Below are positions 33,954 through 42,957 of a DNA stretch of 64,000 nucleotides, piece after piece. Made by a program: the position numbers and the translations under genes. Under the pieces are notes generated by a model. That model was not told the DNA's origin. It saw nothing but the letters and a program-made list of their open reading frames with translations, and did not search any database. Every line of letters starts with the position of its first letter. Position 1 is the first letter of the stretch. The stretch is from the IMG/VR virus record IMGVR_UViG_3300028676_000003, positions 1-64,000 of that record; one strand, written 5' to 3'.

Positions 33954-34271
33954 ATGAATAATAACCACATACAGAAAAATCATATACAAATGAATAAAGC
34001 TATATACGAAATAATCCAAAGACTAGAAATGTCTTATCATCCAATCCTTGGAACAACATATAATCTTATAGAGATAACACAAGAAAAAGACTACTCAGAA
34101 TCCGAAGGACCAACCTTTGAATATAATAATTCTATGAGACATATCCTCTCCCGTGTAAAAGAAATCCAAGAGGTAAAAGAATGCTCACATGGTAAGTCTT
34201 CCATACAAATGATAGGCAATAGAAGCTACTGCGACATATGCCAAAAATACGTCTATAACGCCATAGACTAA
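33954..34271 (+). CDS. hypothetical protein with possible C-terminal Zn ribbon
   Basis: ECSHG...YCDICQK. Confidence 0.6.
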   Translation: MNNNHIQKNHIQMNKAIYEIIQRLEMSYHPILGTTYNLIEITQEKDYSESEGPTFEYNNSMRHILSRVKEIQEVKECSHGKSSIQMIGNRSYCDICQKYVYNAID

Positions 34272-34279
34272 CACATAGA

Positions 34280-34830
34280 TATACCCTAAATGTGGCAACG
34301 CCCATGGCGTGTGCAACACTGCCATGTACACATTTGTGTACATCCATGTCCGAGCCATGTATGGCCTTCGGCACACGGACTCCACGGCTCTCATAGAAGC
34401 CGTTTACGGCATTAATATGTTCCAAATGGTACATAGGTTAGCACGTAGCTATTTTAGGGCTAATTTGGGCTTAATTTCGCTAGGGTGGTAAAAAGTGGTA
34501 TTTTGTGTCGTTTTTAGGTACATAAATTGGAAAATGCTTTTAGGGTACATATATGCATATAGAAATACCTCCAATAAAACCTCCAATAAATCGGTTGTCT
34601 TCGTGTATTCGAAGGCGTTTTTGGCTGAGATTTTTCAGATACGGGCATAGTACACCCCTTATGTACACAAATGTGTCATTTGGCTTCGGTTGAGGTCGGT
34701 TTGTTGTATGCTTCGCCCGTGGCCCGAATAAATCTATATAGAAATTCTATATGAATCTATTTGACATAGGGAATCTGCATCGGACAAGTCCAACAACGTG
34801 ATTTTCGATAAGGCGTTTTTAAAAAGGATT
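34280..34830. other. GC-richer non-coding island with palindromes and repeats
   Basis: ATGTACACA-TT-TGTGTACAT palindrome 34324-34343; inverted 16-mer copy 34661-34676; ACCTCCAATAAA tandem; AAGGCGTTTTT twice. Confidence 0.6.
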
Positions 34831-34899
34831 TACATAGGCATGGTTTTTAGGTACAACAAAAAATCCCCAAACTACAATCGAGTTTGAGGTCTTGTTAAG

Positions 34900-34915
34900 T
34901 GTTCCACGTGGAACA
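34900..34915. promoter_or_regulatory. parS: parS-like centromere palindrome
   Basis: TGTTCCACGTGGAACA, intergenic, identical to 26513-26528. Confidence 0.75.
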
Positions 34916-35058
34916 ACTAGGTCACACACTACTATTATGCATAGCGTATCGTTAAAGTACAAAGGTACGACAAATATTTCTAATAAAAAACTTGTATATG
35001 AATTATTTTTGTTGTATCTTTGCAAACTTTTTTATTTTGTTGAGATTACTTCTAGCTA

Positions 35059-35090
35059 CAAAGGTACGAAATATAAATGAGACTACCAAA
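35059..35090 (-). promoter_or_regulatory. leftward Bacteroidota-type promoter
   Basis: Minus-strand TTTG (35087-35090), 20-nt spacer, TACCTTTG (35059-35066). Confidence 0.7.
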
Positions 35091-35100
35091 AAAATTCGTT

Positions 35101-35119
35101 ATTTAGACTCAGTCTAAAT
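35101..35119. promoter_or_regulatory. 9-1-9 palindrome, Fur-box-like
   Basis: ATTTAGACT-C-AGTCTAAAT. Confidence 0.45.
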
Positions 35120-35127
35120 GTTAACTT

Positions 35128-35190
35128 TGTCGTAGGACGGAGTCTACTCTTCCACCCATTACGGCACGCCCTTGTTTGTATTTTTCAACG
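35128..35190 (-). ncRNA. putative small RNA, GTAGACTCC family copy a
   Basis: Minus-strand TATCTTTA box at 35194-35201; no ORF; GTAG-ACTCCGTC-CTAC hairpin. Confidence 0.5.
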
Positions 35191-35296
35191 GTGTAAAGAT
35201 AGGAAAAAGATTTTGAATAAAAAAATAAAAATCCAGGTATTTTCTAAAAAGTTTTATATATCTTTGCCTTATCAGAAACCAACTAAATAAAATGAT

Positions 35297-35653
35297 ATGA
35301 AAAAGTTAAGTGAATTATATAGTATATTATTAGAGGACTTTAAAAACCGCAATAAACAAATCGATGAGACAGACGGTATATATATGGGTGTAAGTGAATA
35401 TAGCTTTTTATGTAACTGTTTAAAGCAATTACATAAAGAAGGAATTTTCAACGATGATGAGTTTGCGTATTTATATTCTCACTTTATATTACAGAAACCA
35501 AGTAGAACCGTAAATACTGCTTTTTATGACCATGAGTTATATGATGGAGATTATGTTTGGTTTAAGACGCTATGTTATAGTAAAGAAGCTTTTGCGTTAC
35601 GAGTTCAATTATTAACAAACATCATTTCTAAATTAAAAGAGGAATCTAAATAA
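35297..35653 (+). CDS. hypothetical protein
   Basis: After promoter box 35259-35266. Confidence 0.7.
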   Translation: MKKLSELYSILLEDFKNRNKQIDETDGIYMGVSEYSFLCNCLKQLHKEGIFNDDEFAYLYSHFILQKPSRTVNTAFYDHELYDGDYVWFKTLCYSKEAFALRVQLLTNIISKLKEESK

Positions 35654-35659
35654 ATCTAT

Positions 35660-35992
35660 ATGAATAAATCAGAACTCCTAGCGAAATTAAGTTCACAAAT
35701 AAGTGAACCGCTAACATATTGTAACGTAAACGATTTTGAAGAGGAAAAACATTTTTTGTTTAATATTGGTCGTGCGTTAATTTGGGTTATCCAAGAAAAT
35801 GGAATTGTAACAAAAGTATTAGATTCTGTTGAAATGGGTTATGATGGTTGGTTATACGATAACTATACGGAAGAGAATGAGAAGCTTGTTAATAATTCTG
35901 TTGTAAAGATAGAGATTCATAAAGGCGATGTTAGGATATTGAATTCTAAAGCCAATATAGAATTATTCAACGAATTGGTAAAATATCTTTAA
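35660..35992 (+). CDS. hypothetical protein
   Basis: Starts within the TAAATAAATCTATATG junction repeat. Confidence 0.7.
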   Translation: MNKSELLAKLSSQISEPLTYCNVNDFEEEKHFLFNIGRALIWVIQENGIVTKVLDSVEMGYDGWLYDNYTEENEKLVNNSVVKIEIHKGDVRILNSKANIELFNELVKYL

Positions 35993-36056
35993 AAAGATTT
36001 GGTAGTATGGATTTAATTTCTTAGATTTGTCCTATCAATTAAAACACATAGAAATT

Positions 36057-36521
36057 ATGAACAAGAAATTTAAATTACCAAAAACATTTGCTCTTAAATG
36101 GGTTAAAGCTTTAAAAAGTAGAAAATACAAACAAGGGAATAGTTTTTTAATCAATACTTTGACATCAGCAAAAGAAGCAACAATTGAAAATTCAACTTTT
36201 TGCTGTTTAGGTGTTGGTGCTGTTGTATGTGGTACACCAATTGAATATTTGGTTAGAATGTCATATATTGATAGACGTTTATTCAAAGAAATACCTAAAG
36301 AAATTGGCGGTTCAAGTAGTATATTGGTTAAAGTTTTATCTCGATTAAATGATGGAATTAGTAGAGACGAATTTAATCGATTGAATAAGAAATATAATTT
36401 CAGACCAAACATTATTGAATGGTGGAAACAACAACCAGAATCTACGTTAATCAAAACACCATTTTCTACCATTGCAAATTTCATTGAAGACAATTGCGAA
36501 TTTATTGATGAATCTAAATAA
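36057..36521 (+). CDS. hypothetical phage protein
   Basis: KWVKALKSRKYKQG...FCCLGVG motif; promoter box 36022-36029. Confidence 0.75.
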   Translation: MNKKFKLPKTFALKWVKALKSRKYKQGNSFLINTLTSAKEATIENSTFCCLGVGAVVCGTPIEYLVRMSYIDRRLFKEIPKEIGGSSSILVKVLSRLNDGISRDEFNRLNKKYNFRPNIIEWWKQQPESTLIKTPFSTIANFIEDNCEFIDESK

Positions 36522-36527
36522 ATCTAT

Positions 36528-36866
36528 ATGAGCATACATACATTTGTTAAAGACGTTAACGATTTTGGTAAAAAGCCAATTCAAAATAATCTATATGAAT
36601 ATGAGCAACACAGTCCACGTCCTAACGTGGGCGACACGCTTATATATTTCTATCCTAATGAAAATAAGTTAGGGATTTATACAGTAACCAAGGAATTGGA
36701 GTTCTATAAGGATAGAGAAGATTTTACATATTGTCGTGGCGAAATGCTGAGATGTGAGAGAACACCTGAGCAAGTAATTGACGACTTAAAGAAAACACAT
36801 TTGGGCTTCGCTATGGAGTTGCAAAAGACTATCATTGATTTATTAAAGAAATATCAAATAAAATAA
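36528..36866 (+). CDS. hypothetical protein
   Basis: 112-aa ORF. Confidence 0.7.
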   Translation: MSIHTFVKDVNDFGKKPIQNNLYEYEQHSPRPNVGDTLIYFYPNENKLGIYTVTKELEFYKDREDFTYCRGEMLRCERTPEQVIDDLKKTHLGFAMELQKTIIDLLKKYQIK

Positions 36867-36867
36867 T

Positions 36868-36951
36868 ATGAGCCAAACTGAAAAATTTGCAATTGTGTTA
36901 GATGCGTTCGTATTTGGGTTTATATTTATTTTTCATTTTTTATGTAGATAA
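36868..36951 (+). CDS. 27-aa single-TM microprotein
   Basis: MSQTEKFAIVLDAFVFGFIFIFHFLCR*. Confidence 0.5.
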   Translation: MSQTEKFAIVLDAFVFGFIFIFHFLCR

Positions 36952-37078
36952 ATTTGTATATGTCAAATATTAGTTTTATATTTGTCCTGTAGAAAAACGT
37001 GGAAACTTTAGGTTTCCGCTATCATTAACCAAGTAGCAACGCTGGCGCATTGCACAGCATAGCCTAAAACACAACACT

Positions 37079-37159
37079 ATGGAATCAATTAAATTAGCGG
37101 GTGCAATCATAGCACTTATTTTTACATTCATGTTTTCATTTCACTTAATCGTTAGATAA
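37079..37159 (+). CDS. 26-aa single-TM microprotein
   Basis: MESIKLAGAIIALIFTFMFSFHLIVR*; A-rich leader. Confidence 0.55.
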   Translation: MESIKLAGAIIALIFTFMFSFHLIVR

Positions 37160-37177
37160 TCTAAAACCAATTATATT

Positions 37178-37585
37178 ATGAACAAAGAACAATTATTAGA
37201 AGCTACAAAAGCAAATGTTGAAACTCTTAAACAAGTTTTAACTGATGAGCAAAAAGCAAAATTGGATTATTCGGAATTGCGTCCGTTTACTGCTGATATG
37301 TGTTTATTCGGCCAACTTTTTGGAGATGCGAACAGCGACGAAGCAAAAGCCTTATTACCTAAAACCCTTAAAGGTAGTTACCAAGTGAGAGGATTTTATG
37401 AACACTTTGCACGCTTACAGCCTAGTTTCCGTATTTCGTTTGACAGATTCAACGAATTTGAAGTTGCTGATGATGGACATTCAACACCTATTGAGTTATT
37501 TCTTATGACACGAACAAATTCCGAAGATTTGTTTAAGTATCTTAAAGGAGAAGTTGAAGCCTACGAGCCAGCGTTTATTGACTAA
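37178..37585 (+). CDS. hypothetical protein, paralog of 40769-41143
   Basis: CLFGQLFG and FKYLKGE versus CIYGQMTG and IQYLKGE. Confidence 0.75.
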   Translation: MNKEQLLEATKANVETLKQVLTDEQKAKLDYSELRPFTADMCLFGQLFGDANSDEAKALLPKTLKGSYQVRGFYEHFARLQPSFRISFDRFNEFEVADDGHSTPIELFLMTRTNSEDLFKYLKGEVEAYEPAFID

Positions 37586-37687
37586 ACAAAGGTAAGATAA
37601 AATAATTTAAAAATAAGTCATCATTTATTTGGTGGCTTATTTTTTTTGTTTTATATTTGCCTTATCAAACTAAAACACATACACAAA

Positions 37688-37981
37688 ATGGAAAATTCAA
37701 AATTAAAATCAGCAGTCTATACAAATCCTACGGGACTAATGAAAACCGAAAGATACCTAGTTGAAACACAAGAGGACTTAAACGCATTTCTTAAGGCATT
37801 CCCTGAGAATAAACAGTTTCTAGGTAAAACACTTAAAGAAGACGTTGAAAGAGGTAAAATCGTTTTGCTTACAGATATAACCCTGAGCGGTTTTAGTTCA
37901 TATTGTTATGAAACGATTGTAGGTAAAAGAGATATTATCACATTGCATCCTTCAAGTTTTATTCGTGTAACATCTAAATAA
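37688..37981 (+). CDS. hypothetical protein
   Basis: After hairpin/promoter module (box 37652-37659). Confidence 0.7.
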   Translation: MENSKLKSAVYTNPTGLMKTERYLVETQEDLNAFLKAFPENKQFLGKTLKEDVERGKIVLLTDITLSGFSSYCYETIVGKRDIITLHPSSFIRVTSK

Positions 37982-37987
37982 ATCTAT

Positions 37988-38539
37988 ATGAACTTAGGAG
38001 AACTTTTAGACGTAAAAATTAACTTTGATAAGTTGATGGATGCAAAATTGTTAGAAATGGTTTGTTTCTTTCAGGACAATATGTGGGACGGGTTTAGCGA
38101 CGAAGACGACCCGAAATTTATATCGAAAGACGATTTTGATGCTATTGAAGCGTTAGCCGATAAAATTAAACATATGACATATAACATTGGTTGCCCTAAT
38201 TCGGTTGCGCCTATGTTAGAAAGTATCATAACCCGTAAGTTAAAAGGTTGGCAGGGTTCAGATTCTGTTGAAACTGACGACCGTGTATATCATACGCCAT
38301 ACGTTGGCGAAGACGGAATAACAAGAGCAAAGAAACTTGTTACTAAAGGACACCGCAAAGGAAAACAAATAAAATCAACTGCTGAAAAGTATATAGTATT
38401 AAAATCTAAAGATTGGATGTTTCATGAAAAAGGTTTTATTATTAGAGGTCATTTCAGATGGAACAATAGAGGTTATATACTTTCAAGACGTGCAACTGAT
38501 TTGTTACAAGATTTTTATTTGAATAATTTTTGTGAATAA
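37988..38539 (+). CDS. hypothetical protein
   Basis: 183-aa ORF. Confidence 0.7.
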   Translation: MNLGELLDVKINFDKLMDAKLLEMVCFFQDNMWDGFSDEDDPKFISKDDFDAIEALADKIKHMTYNIGCPNSVAPMLESIITRKLKGWQGSDSVETDDRVYHTPYVGEDGITRAKKLVTKGHRKGKQIKSTAEKYIVLKSKDWMFHEKGFIIRGHFRWNNRGYILSRRATDLLQDFYLNNFCE

Positions 38540-38598
38540 ATTAGGTTATATCATTTCTTTTATATATCTTTGACCTATCAATTTAAAACATATACACA

Positions 38599-39372
38599 AT
38601 GAGTAAAGAAGTTAAAAGAAAACCATTATTAAGCACTAATAATCACAAAACGATTAAAGGCGAAAAGGTTGGTTATAAAACGTATATTCTTTATATGTCG
38701 CCTTTTAAGGCTAACAGCAAAGGTAAAAACGTTTGTTCCCACGCATCGACGGGTTGTGCTGAAAGTTGCTTAGCGGGTTCGGGTTTTGGTGGTATGTACG
38801 TTAATGTTAAAAACGGGCGTGTTGCAAAAACTGAGTATTTTTTAAGTAGTCGTACTGAATTTCTTTATCAGATTAAATCTGAGATTGAAAAGGCTATTAA
38901 AAAAAATGAAGCGTCAAACCTAAAGAATGACGAAAAGACTATCTTAACATTTCGTTTAAATGGAACAAGTGATATTGCATACGAAAAGTTTAGAGTTTTT
39001 GAAGGGAACAAAAACATTTTTGAAGTTTTTCCTGACGTACAATTTTACGATTATACAAAGAACTATTTAAGATTTGACAAGGTGTTACCTGCAAATTATC
39101 ACTTAACATTTAGCCGTTCAGAGACAAACGATGTTAAGGCTATGGAAATTCTTAAAAAGGGTTATAACGTTGCAATTGTTTTCGATAACGTTCCTAAAAC
39201 CTACAAGGGTTATGAAGTGGTAAACGGAGACAATGACGACCTGAGATTCTTAGATAAAAAGAATGTAGTCGTAGGATTGAAATATAAGAAAATGACGGGC
39301 AAAGGTGCTGACAATAAAAAGGCTTTTGAAAGTGGTTTTGTTATTCAAAACAAAGAATTGCAATTAACATAA
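38599..39372 (+). CDS. gp88-like protein (Cys-cluster phage family)
   Basis: NVCSHASTGCAESCL, FRLNGTSDI, FYDYTK, NYHLTFSRSE and GDNDDLRFLD motifs. Confidence 0.75.
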   Translation: MSKEVKRKPLLSTNNHKTIKGEKVGYKTYILYMSPFKANSKGKNVCSHASTGCAESCLAGSGFGGMYVNVKNGRVAKTEYFLSSRTEFLYQIKSEIEKAIKKNEASNLKNDEKTILTFRLNGTSDIAYEKFRVFEGNKNIFEVFPDVQFYDYTKNYLRFDKVLPANYHLTFSRSETNDVKAMEILKKGYNVAIVFDNVPKTYKGYEVVNGDNDDLRFLDKKNVVVGLKYKKMTGKGADNKKAFESGFVIQNKELQLT

Positions 39373-39431
39373 AATAATTTAAAAATAACTATCAATATAT
39401 TTGGTAGTTATTTTTTTTATGTCTATCTTTG
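39373..39431 (+). promoter_or_regulatory. hairpin-terminator/promoter module
   Basis: AAAATAACTATC/GGTAGTTATTTT with TTTG at the loop edge; TATCTTTG 39424-39431. Confidence 0.8.
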
Positions 39432-39457
39432 ACTTAACAAATTAAAACACACACATT

Positions 39458-39838
39458 ATGAAACTATCATTATCAAAAGAAGAGATTAACAAAGTATTTT
39501 TAGATGTTCTTTGCAACGGTGCTATCGGGTTTTTAGCTCAGTCAGACGTTGAAATGACATATTCTGACGAAGACTACCAAAAGGTACGTGAAAATGGAGA
39601 TTGTTACGAAGACGTTCTTTTAAAGATTATCAACACAGGTGGTAAGTTGGAGTTTGTCGATACTGAGGGCGACGAGTCGAAAACTCTTACACTTGAAGTG
39701 TTAACCAAGGCACTGACAAATATTGAAAACCAAGACTTTGCCGATTACGTTTTAACTCTATTAAAAGAAGAGGGAGACGCTGAAATTGGTTTATGTGTAT
39801 TGCAGTATATTCTGTATGACGATGTTATCTTTGGATAA
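39458..39838 (+). CDS. hypothetical phage protein
   Basis: Ends LQYILYDDVIFG. Confidence 0.75.
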   Translation: MKLSLSKEEINKVFLDVLCNGAIGFLAQSDVEMTYSDEDYQKVRENGDCYEDVLLKIINTGGKLEFVDTEGDESKTLTLEVLTKALTNIENQDFADYVLTLLKEEGDAEIGLCVLQYILYDDVIFG

Positions 39839-39898
39839 AAATAATATAACCTATCATTAATTTGATAGGTTTTTTTGTATATAGATTTATTTGACTAT

Positions 39899-39950
39899 AA
39901 GGCAGGACGGAGTCTACGTCTCAGGTGTTCAGCCTTGCTTTGTAATCTGA
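39899..39950 (-). ncRNA. putative small RNA, GTAGACTCC family copy b
   Basis: Minus-strand TACATTTA box at 39953-39960; GAGACGTAG-ACTCCGTC-CTGC. Confidence 0.5.
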
Positions 39951-40052
39951 TGTAAATGTACAACAAATAAATTTAATATCCTAATGAAATAAATTTTTTT
40001 ATTCAAAAACTTTGCATTATATTTGTCCTATCAAACTAAAACACATACACAG

Positions 40053-40544
40053 ATGGAAACTAATAAAGCTTACAGTAAAGTACTGACAGAAAAAAAAGAA
40101 GTTGCATTCTTTAAAAAGATTGACTCTTATAAAAATGAATTGGATTGCAAAGAAGCACGTACCCTAATGTATGGCGGTGTTAATTTGCATGTGAAACTAA
40201 ATAAATCTATTTCAATTGTTCCACTTAAAAAAGTAGATTTTGGATATATCATTTATCTATCGAATAATGTTCTTAGTGTTGGAGATTTTCTTTTTATATC
40301 AAATTGGGAGTTTGCCGAAATTGAACGTTTAGGATTAACACTAGACAAAGAACAGAATTTCAACGGTTGGAGACATTTTTGGTTTGCTGATAAGGTTATA
40401 GCTGAGTTTGTTAATCCTTTGGAAGTTCTACAAAAGCAACTTAATACTGCTAAAAACGAGAGAGACAATCTTAACGATACAATAGAACGTTACGAAAAGG
40501 AACAAATTGATTTTATTAAACGTTTTCAAAAGCAAATAAAATAA
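40053..40544 (+). CDS. hypothetical protein with C-terminal coiled coil
   Basis: Promoter box 40018-40025. Confidence 0.7.
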   Translation: METNKAYSKVLTEKKEVAFFKKIDSYKNELDCKEARTLMYGGVNLHVKLNKSISIVPLKKVDFGYIIYLSNNVLSVGDFLFISNWEFAEIERLGLTLDKEQNFNGWRHFWFADKVIAEFVNPLEVLQKQLNTAKNERDNLNDTIERYEKEQIDFIKRFQKQIK

Positions 40545-40545
40545 G

Positions 40546-40698
40546 ATGGAAAAATTATTTATAAAGAATAACTTAGAATATCCTTATTTTACAATAACAA
40601 CACTTAAGGTAAAAGACTACGCCTTAAGTGTTATTGAACAAATGAATATAGGAAATGTAGTAACCCTCAACAAAGAAGCAATAAAAAGAATAAAATAA
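40546..40698 (+). CDS. 50-aa hypothetical protein
   Basis: Open frame filling the gap. Confidence 0.5.
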   Translation: MEKLFIKNNLEYPYFTITTLKVKDYALSVIEQMNIGNVVTLNKEAIKRIK

Positions 40699-40768
40699 AT
40701 GTTAAAAAATTAGGTTATATGAAACTAATAATATATCTTTGACCTAACAATCTAAAACACATATAAAA

Positions 40769-41143
40769 ATGGAAAAATCAGTATTTTTAAAAGAGGTTAA
40801 AGCAGAACTAGACACTATCAAAAGTAGAGCAACCGAAGCAGAAATTGCTAGGTTGAATTTTGAAACTTTTGAGCATGATTCAAGAACTGCTTGTATTTAC
40901 GGTCAAATGACTGGTAATTGTGACGGTCAACGAGCTAACAGCTTGCAAGAAAAAACTTATGATAGGGTTCAAATTGAAGGCGAGTGCGTTTCTCCTACAT
41001 ATAACCCATTTAAAAAACAGGACTTTTCTAAAGGAAATTCTTACACAGCCTTGGAAAAATATTTGTTTATGGTAAAGCCTGTAACACACGGTAAAATCAT
41101 ACAATACCTTAAAGGAGAAATTAATAAAATAACTCTTAGATAA
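40769..41143 (+). CDS. hypothetical protein, paralog of 37178-37585
   Basis: See 37178; promoter box 40734-40741. Confidence 0.75.
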   Translation: MEKSVFLKEVKAELDTIKSRATEAEIARLNFETFEHDSRTACIYGQMTGNCDGQRANSLQEKTYDRVQIEGECVSPTYNPFKKQDFSKGNSYTALEKYLFMVKPVTHGKIIQYLKGEINKITLR

Positions 41144-41149
41144 ATCAAT

Positions 41150-41245
41150 ATGAAACTAGAAAAATTTATTATCGTTTTACCATATGCAATTATGGTTGGG
41201 TTGGTTTTATTATTCGTGTTGAATGTTCACACTAAAAACCACTAA
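41150..41245 (+). CDS. 31-aa single-TM microprotein
   Basis: MKLEKFIIVLPYAIMVGLVLLFVLNVHTKNH*. Confidence 0.55.
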   Translation: MKLEKFIIVLPYAIMVGLVLLFVLNVHTKNH

Positions 41246-41247
41246 AG

Positions 41248-41733
41248 TTGAATAAAGATATACTTGTAGTCCTAAAGACTAAAGAACCCCTATTTTGGGA
41301 GAGCGACAAATTTGACATAAACAAGGTTTATCGTTGTTTACCCGTTGAGAATGAGTATATTATCAATGGGAATCCGTTTACACTTGAAGAGTACGAAATG
41401 TATTTCGAATTGGCTTATGATAGAGTAATCAGGGATTGGACAGAGATAGGACTTGTAAAAGATGGAAAACCGATTTTCTATAAGGAATTTAAGGAACTGT
41501 TTGAGGTTGTAACATACGGCAAACAAATCAATAACTTAAGAATTGGTTTTGTTGGAAAACCTAAAGAGAACTATTACAAGTTTTACCCTAATGTTGATGC
41601 GAATAAACAGATTCAACTTAGAGAAATGTATACTATGTATGAATATACGCTAAATGGCGAACTCTACTTTTTAGATAATGGTAGCATACAATTTGGAACA
41701 TTTGGCAGATATATCAGTTACATAAGAAAATAA
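41248..41733 (+). CDS. hypothetical protein
   Basis: 161 aa, TTG start. Confidence 0.65.
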   Translation: MNKDILVVLKTKEPLFWESDKFDINKVYRCLPVENEYIINGNPFTLEEYEMYFELAYDRVIRDWTEIGLVKDGKPIFYKEFKELFEVVTYGKQINNLRIGFVGKPKENYYKFYPNVDANKQIQLREMYTMYEYTLNGELYFLDNGSIQFGTFGRYISYIRK

Positions 41734-41815
41734 TTTAAAAATAACTATCGATTTATTTGGTAGTTATTTTTTTTTACATTATCTTTGACTTATCAAACTA
41801 AAACATATAGAAATT

Positions 41816-42274
41816 ATGAAATGGACTTACGCACAAATTACAGAATGCACACCAAGACTAAAAAACCATTTATGTGCGGTATATAATTTTATACACTTGC
41901 ATAAGGGTTCAGAGAATCCAAAGCTTAAATCAATTGATTTTACCGTTGAAGGTGTATCGCTTGCAAAGCGTATACTAGACAAGTCAAACACGTCAGATAT
42001 TGTAATGGAGAAATTTGTTACTAACTTCTTAGATAGTCTTACAGCGATTGAAACAATGGCAATGATTCAACCAAGTGCAAAGATTTTCTTTTTTAAAACC
42101 GTAGATACTGAGGTTAACGGTATTGTAGAATCAATTGAGATTGGCGAAGAAGTTGTGTTTAATGACTTTGATATGGAAGAAATGAAATACAATATCGGGA
42201 TTCAAAAGAGACGTTATCCAAAGTTAAATCTTATCTATAAAAATTATATTCCTGCTGAGGTAGAAATTTATTAA
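41816..42274 (+). CDS. hypothetical protein
   Basis: After module with box 41780-41787. Confidence 0.7.
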   Translation: MKWTYAQITECTPRLKNHLCAVYNFIHLHKGSENPKLKSIDFTVEGVSLAKRILDKSNTSDIVMEKFVTNFLDSLTAIETMAMIQPSAKIFFFKTVDTEVNGIVESIEIGEEVVFNDFDMEEMKYNIGIQKRRYPKLNLIYKNYIPAEVEIY

Positions 42275-42337
42275 AAAACATTTGGTAGATTGAAATATTA
42301 TACATATCTTTGAAATATCAAAATAAAACAAAATACA

Positions 42338-42664
42338 ATGACAAAGACATTAAAGGTTATAGCAACAGGTTTGGTTCTAGGGAACTATTGGGGCGGTGGT
42401 CATGGTATATATGCTATGACAGTATTAGAAGCTGATTCAAAAGAAGAGCTTTTAAAGTTAGCTAATGAGGGTTTAAAAGATGGCTCATTAGATGATGGAA
42501 TGGGTTTTGAATCTCTTAGAGGTGCAATGCTCGATATTACGTTAAAAACCTCGATAACGTATGAGGACGAAGAGTATATCAATGAGAAGTATCAATTTGA
42601 TTCCGTTGGAACTCTTACAGTTGAGGAGTACGATATTTTAGAACGAACACTTTTAGGATTATGA
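42338..42664 (+). CDS. hypothetical phage protein
   Basis: GLVLGNYWGGGHG...LDDGMGFESLRGA. Confidence 0.7.
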   Translation: MTKTLKVIATGLVLGNYWGGGHGIYAMTVLEADSKEELLKLANEGLKDGSLDDGMGFESLRGAMLDITLKTSITYEDEEYINEKYQFDSVGTLTVEEYDILERTLLGL

Positions 42665-42951
42665 CAATTTCATTCAAAAAGTATAAAGGTCATTTAGAAT
42701 ATGGCTTTTATGGAAACAACAGAACCGCAATAAAATTAATAGATTCAACTGATGGCAGTCTAATTGCCGTTGCAAGTGTTAACCTCGTTGATGAGGACTT
42801 GAAAGATGATGAGATAGCTATCAAAGACCATGCCGAAAATGAAGGTATGTTAAAAAGTCTTATTGATGCTGAGGTGGTAAGCGAACCAATTCGATATGTC
42901 GAAAAGGGTTATGTAAAAATTCCTATCTGTAAACTATTAAAAACTAAATAG
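42661..42951 (+). CDS. DUF4313-like protein
   Basis: YGNNRTAIKL...ASVNL...IKDHAENEG...GYVKIPIC pattern. Confidence 0.5.
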   Translation: MTISFKKYKGHLEYGFYGNNRTAIKLIDSTDGSLIAVASVNLVDEDLKDDEIAIKDHAENEGMLKSLIDAEVVSEPIRYVEKGYVKIPICKLLKTK

Positions 42952-42957
42952 ATTAAT

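Noticed and set aside
34280-34830. DnaA-box origin
   Set aside because: No TTATCCACA-type boxes seen.
37988-38539. MNLG-starting 183-aa gene as an array member
   Set aside because: It is three times longer than the units and in a different context, so the match is probably coincidental.
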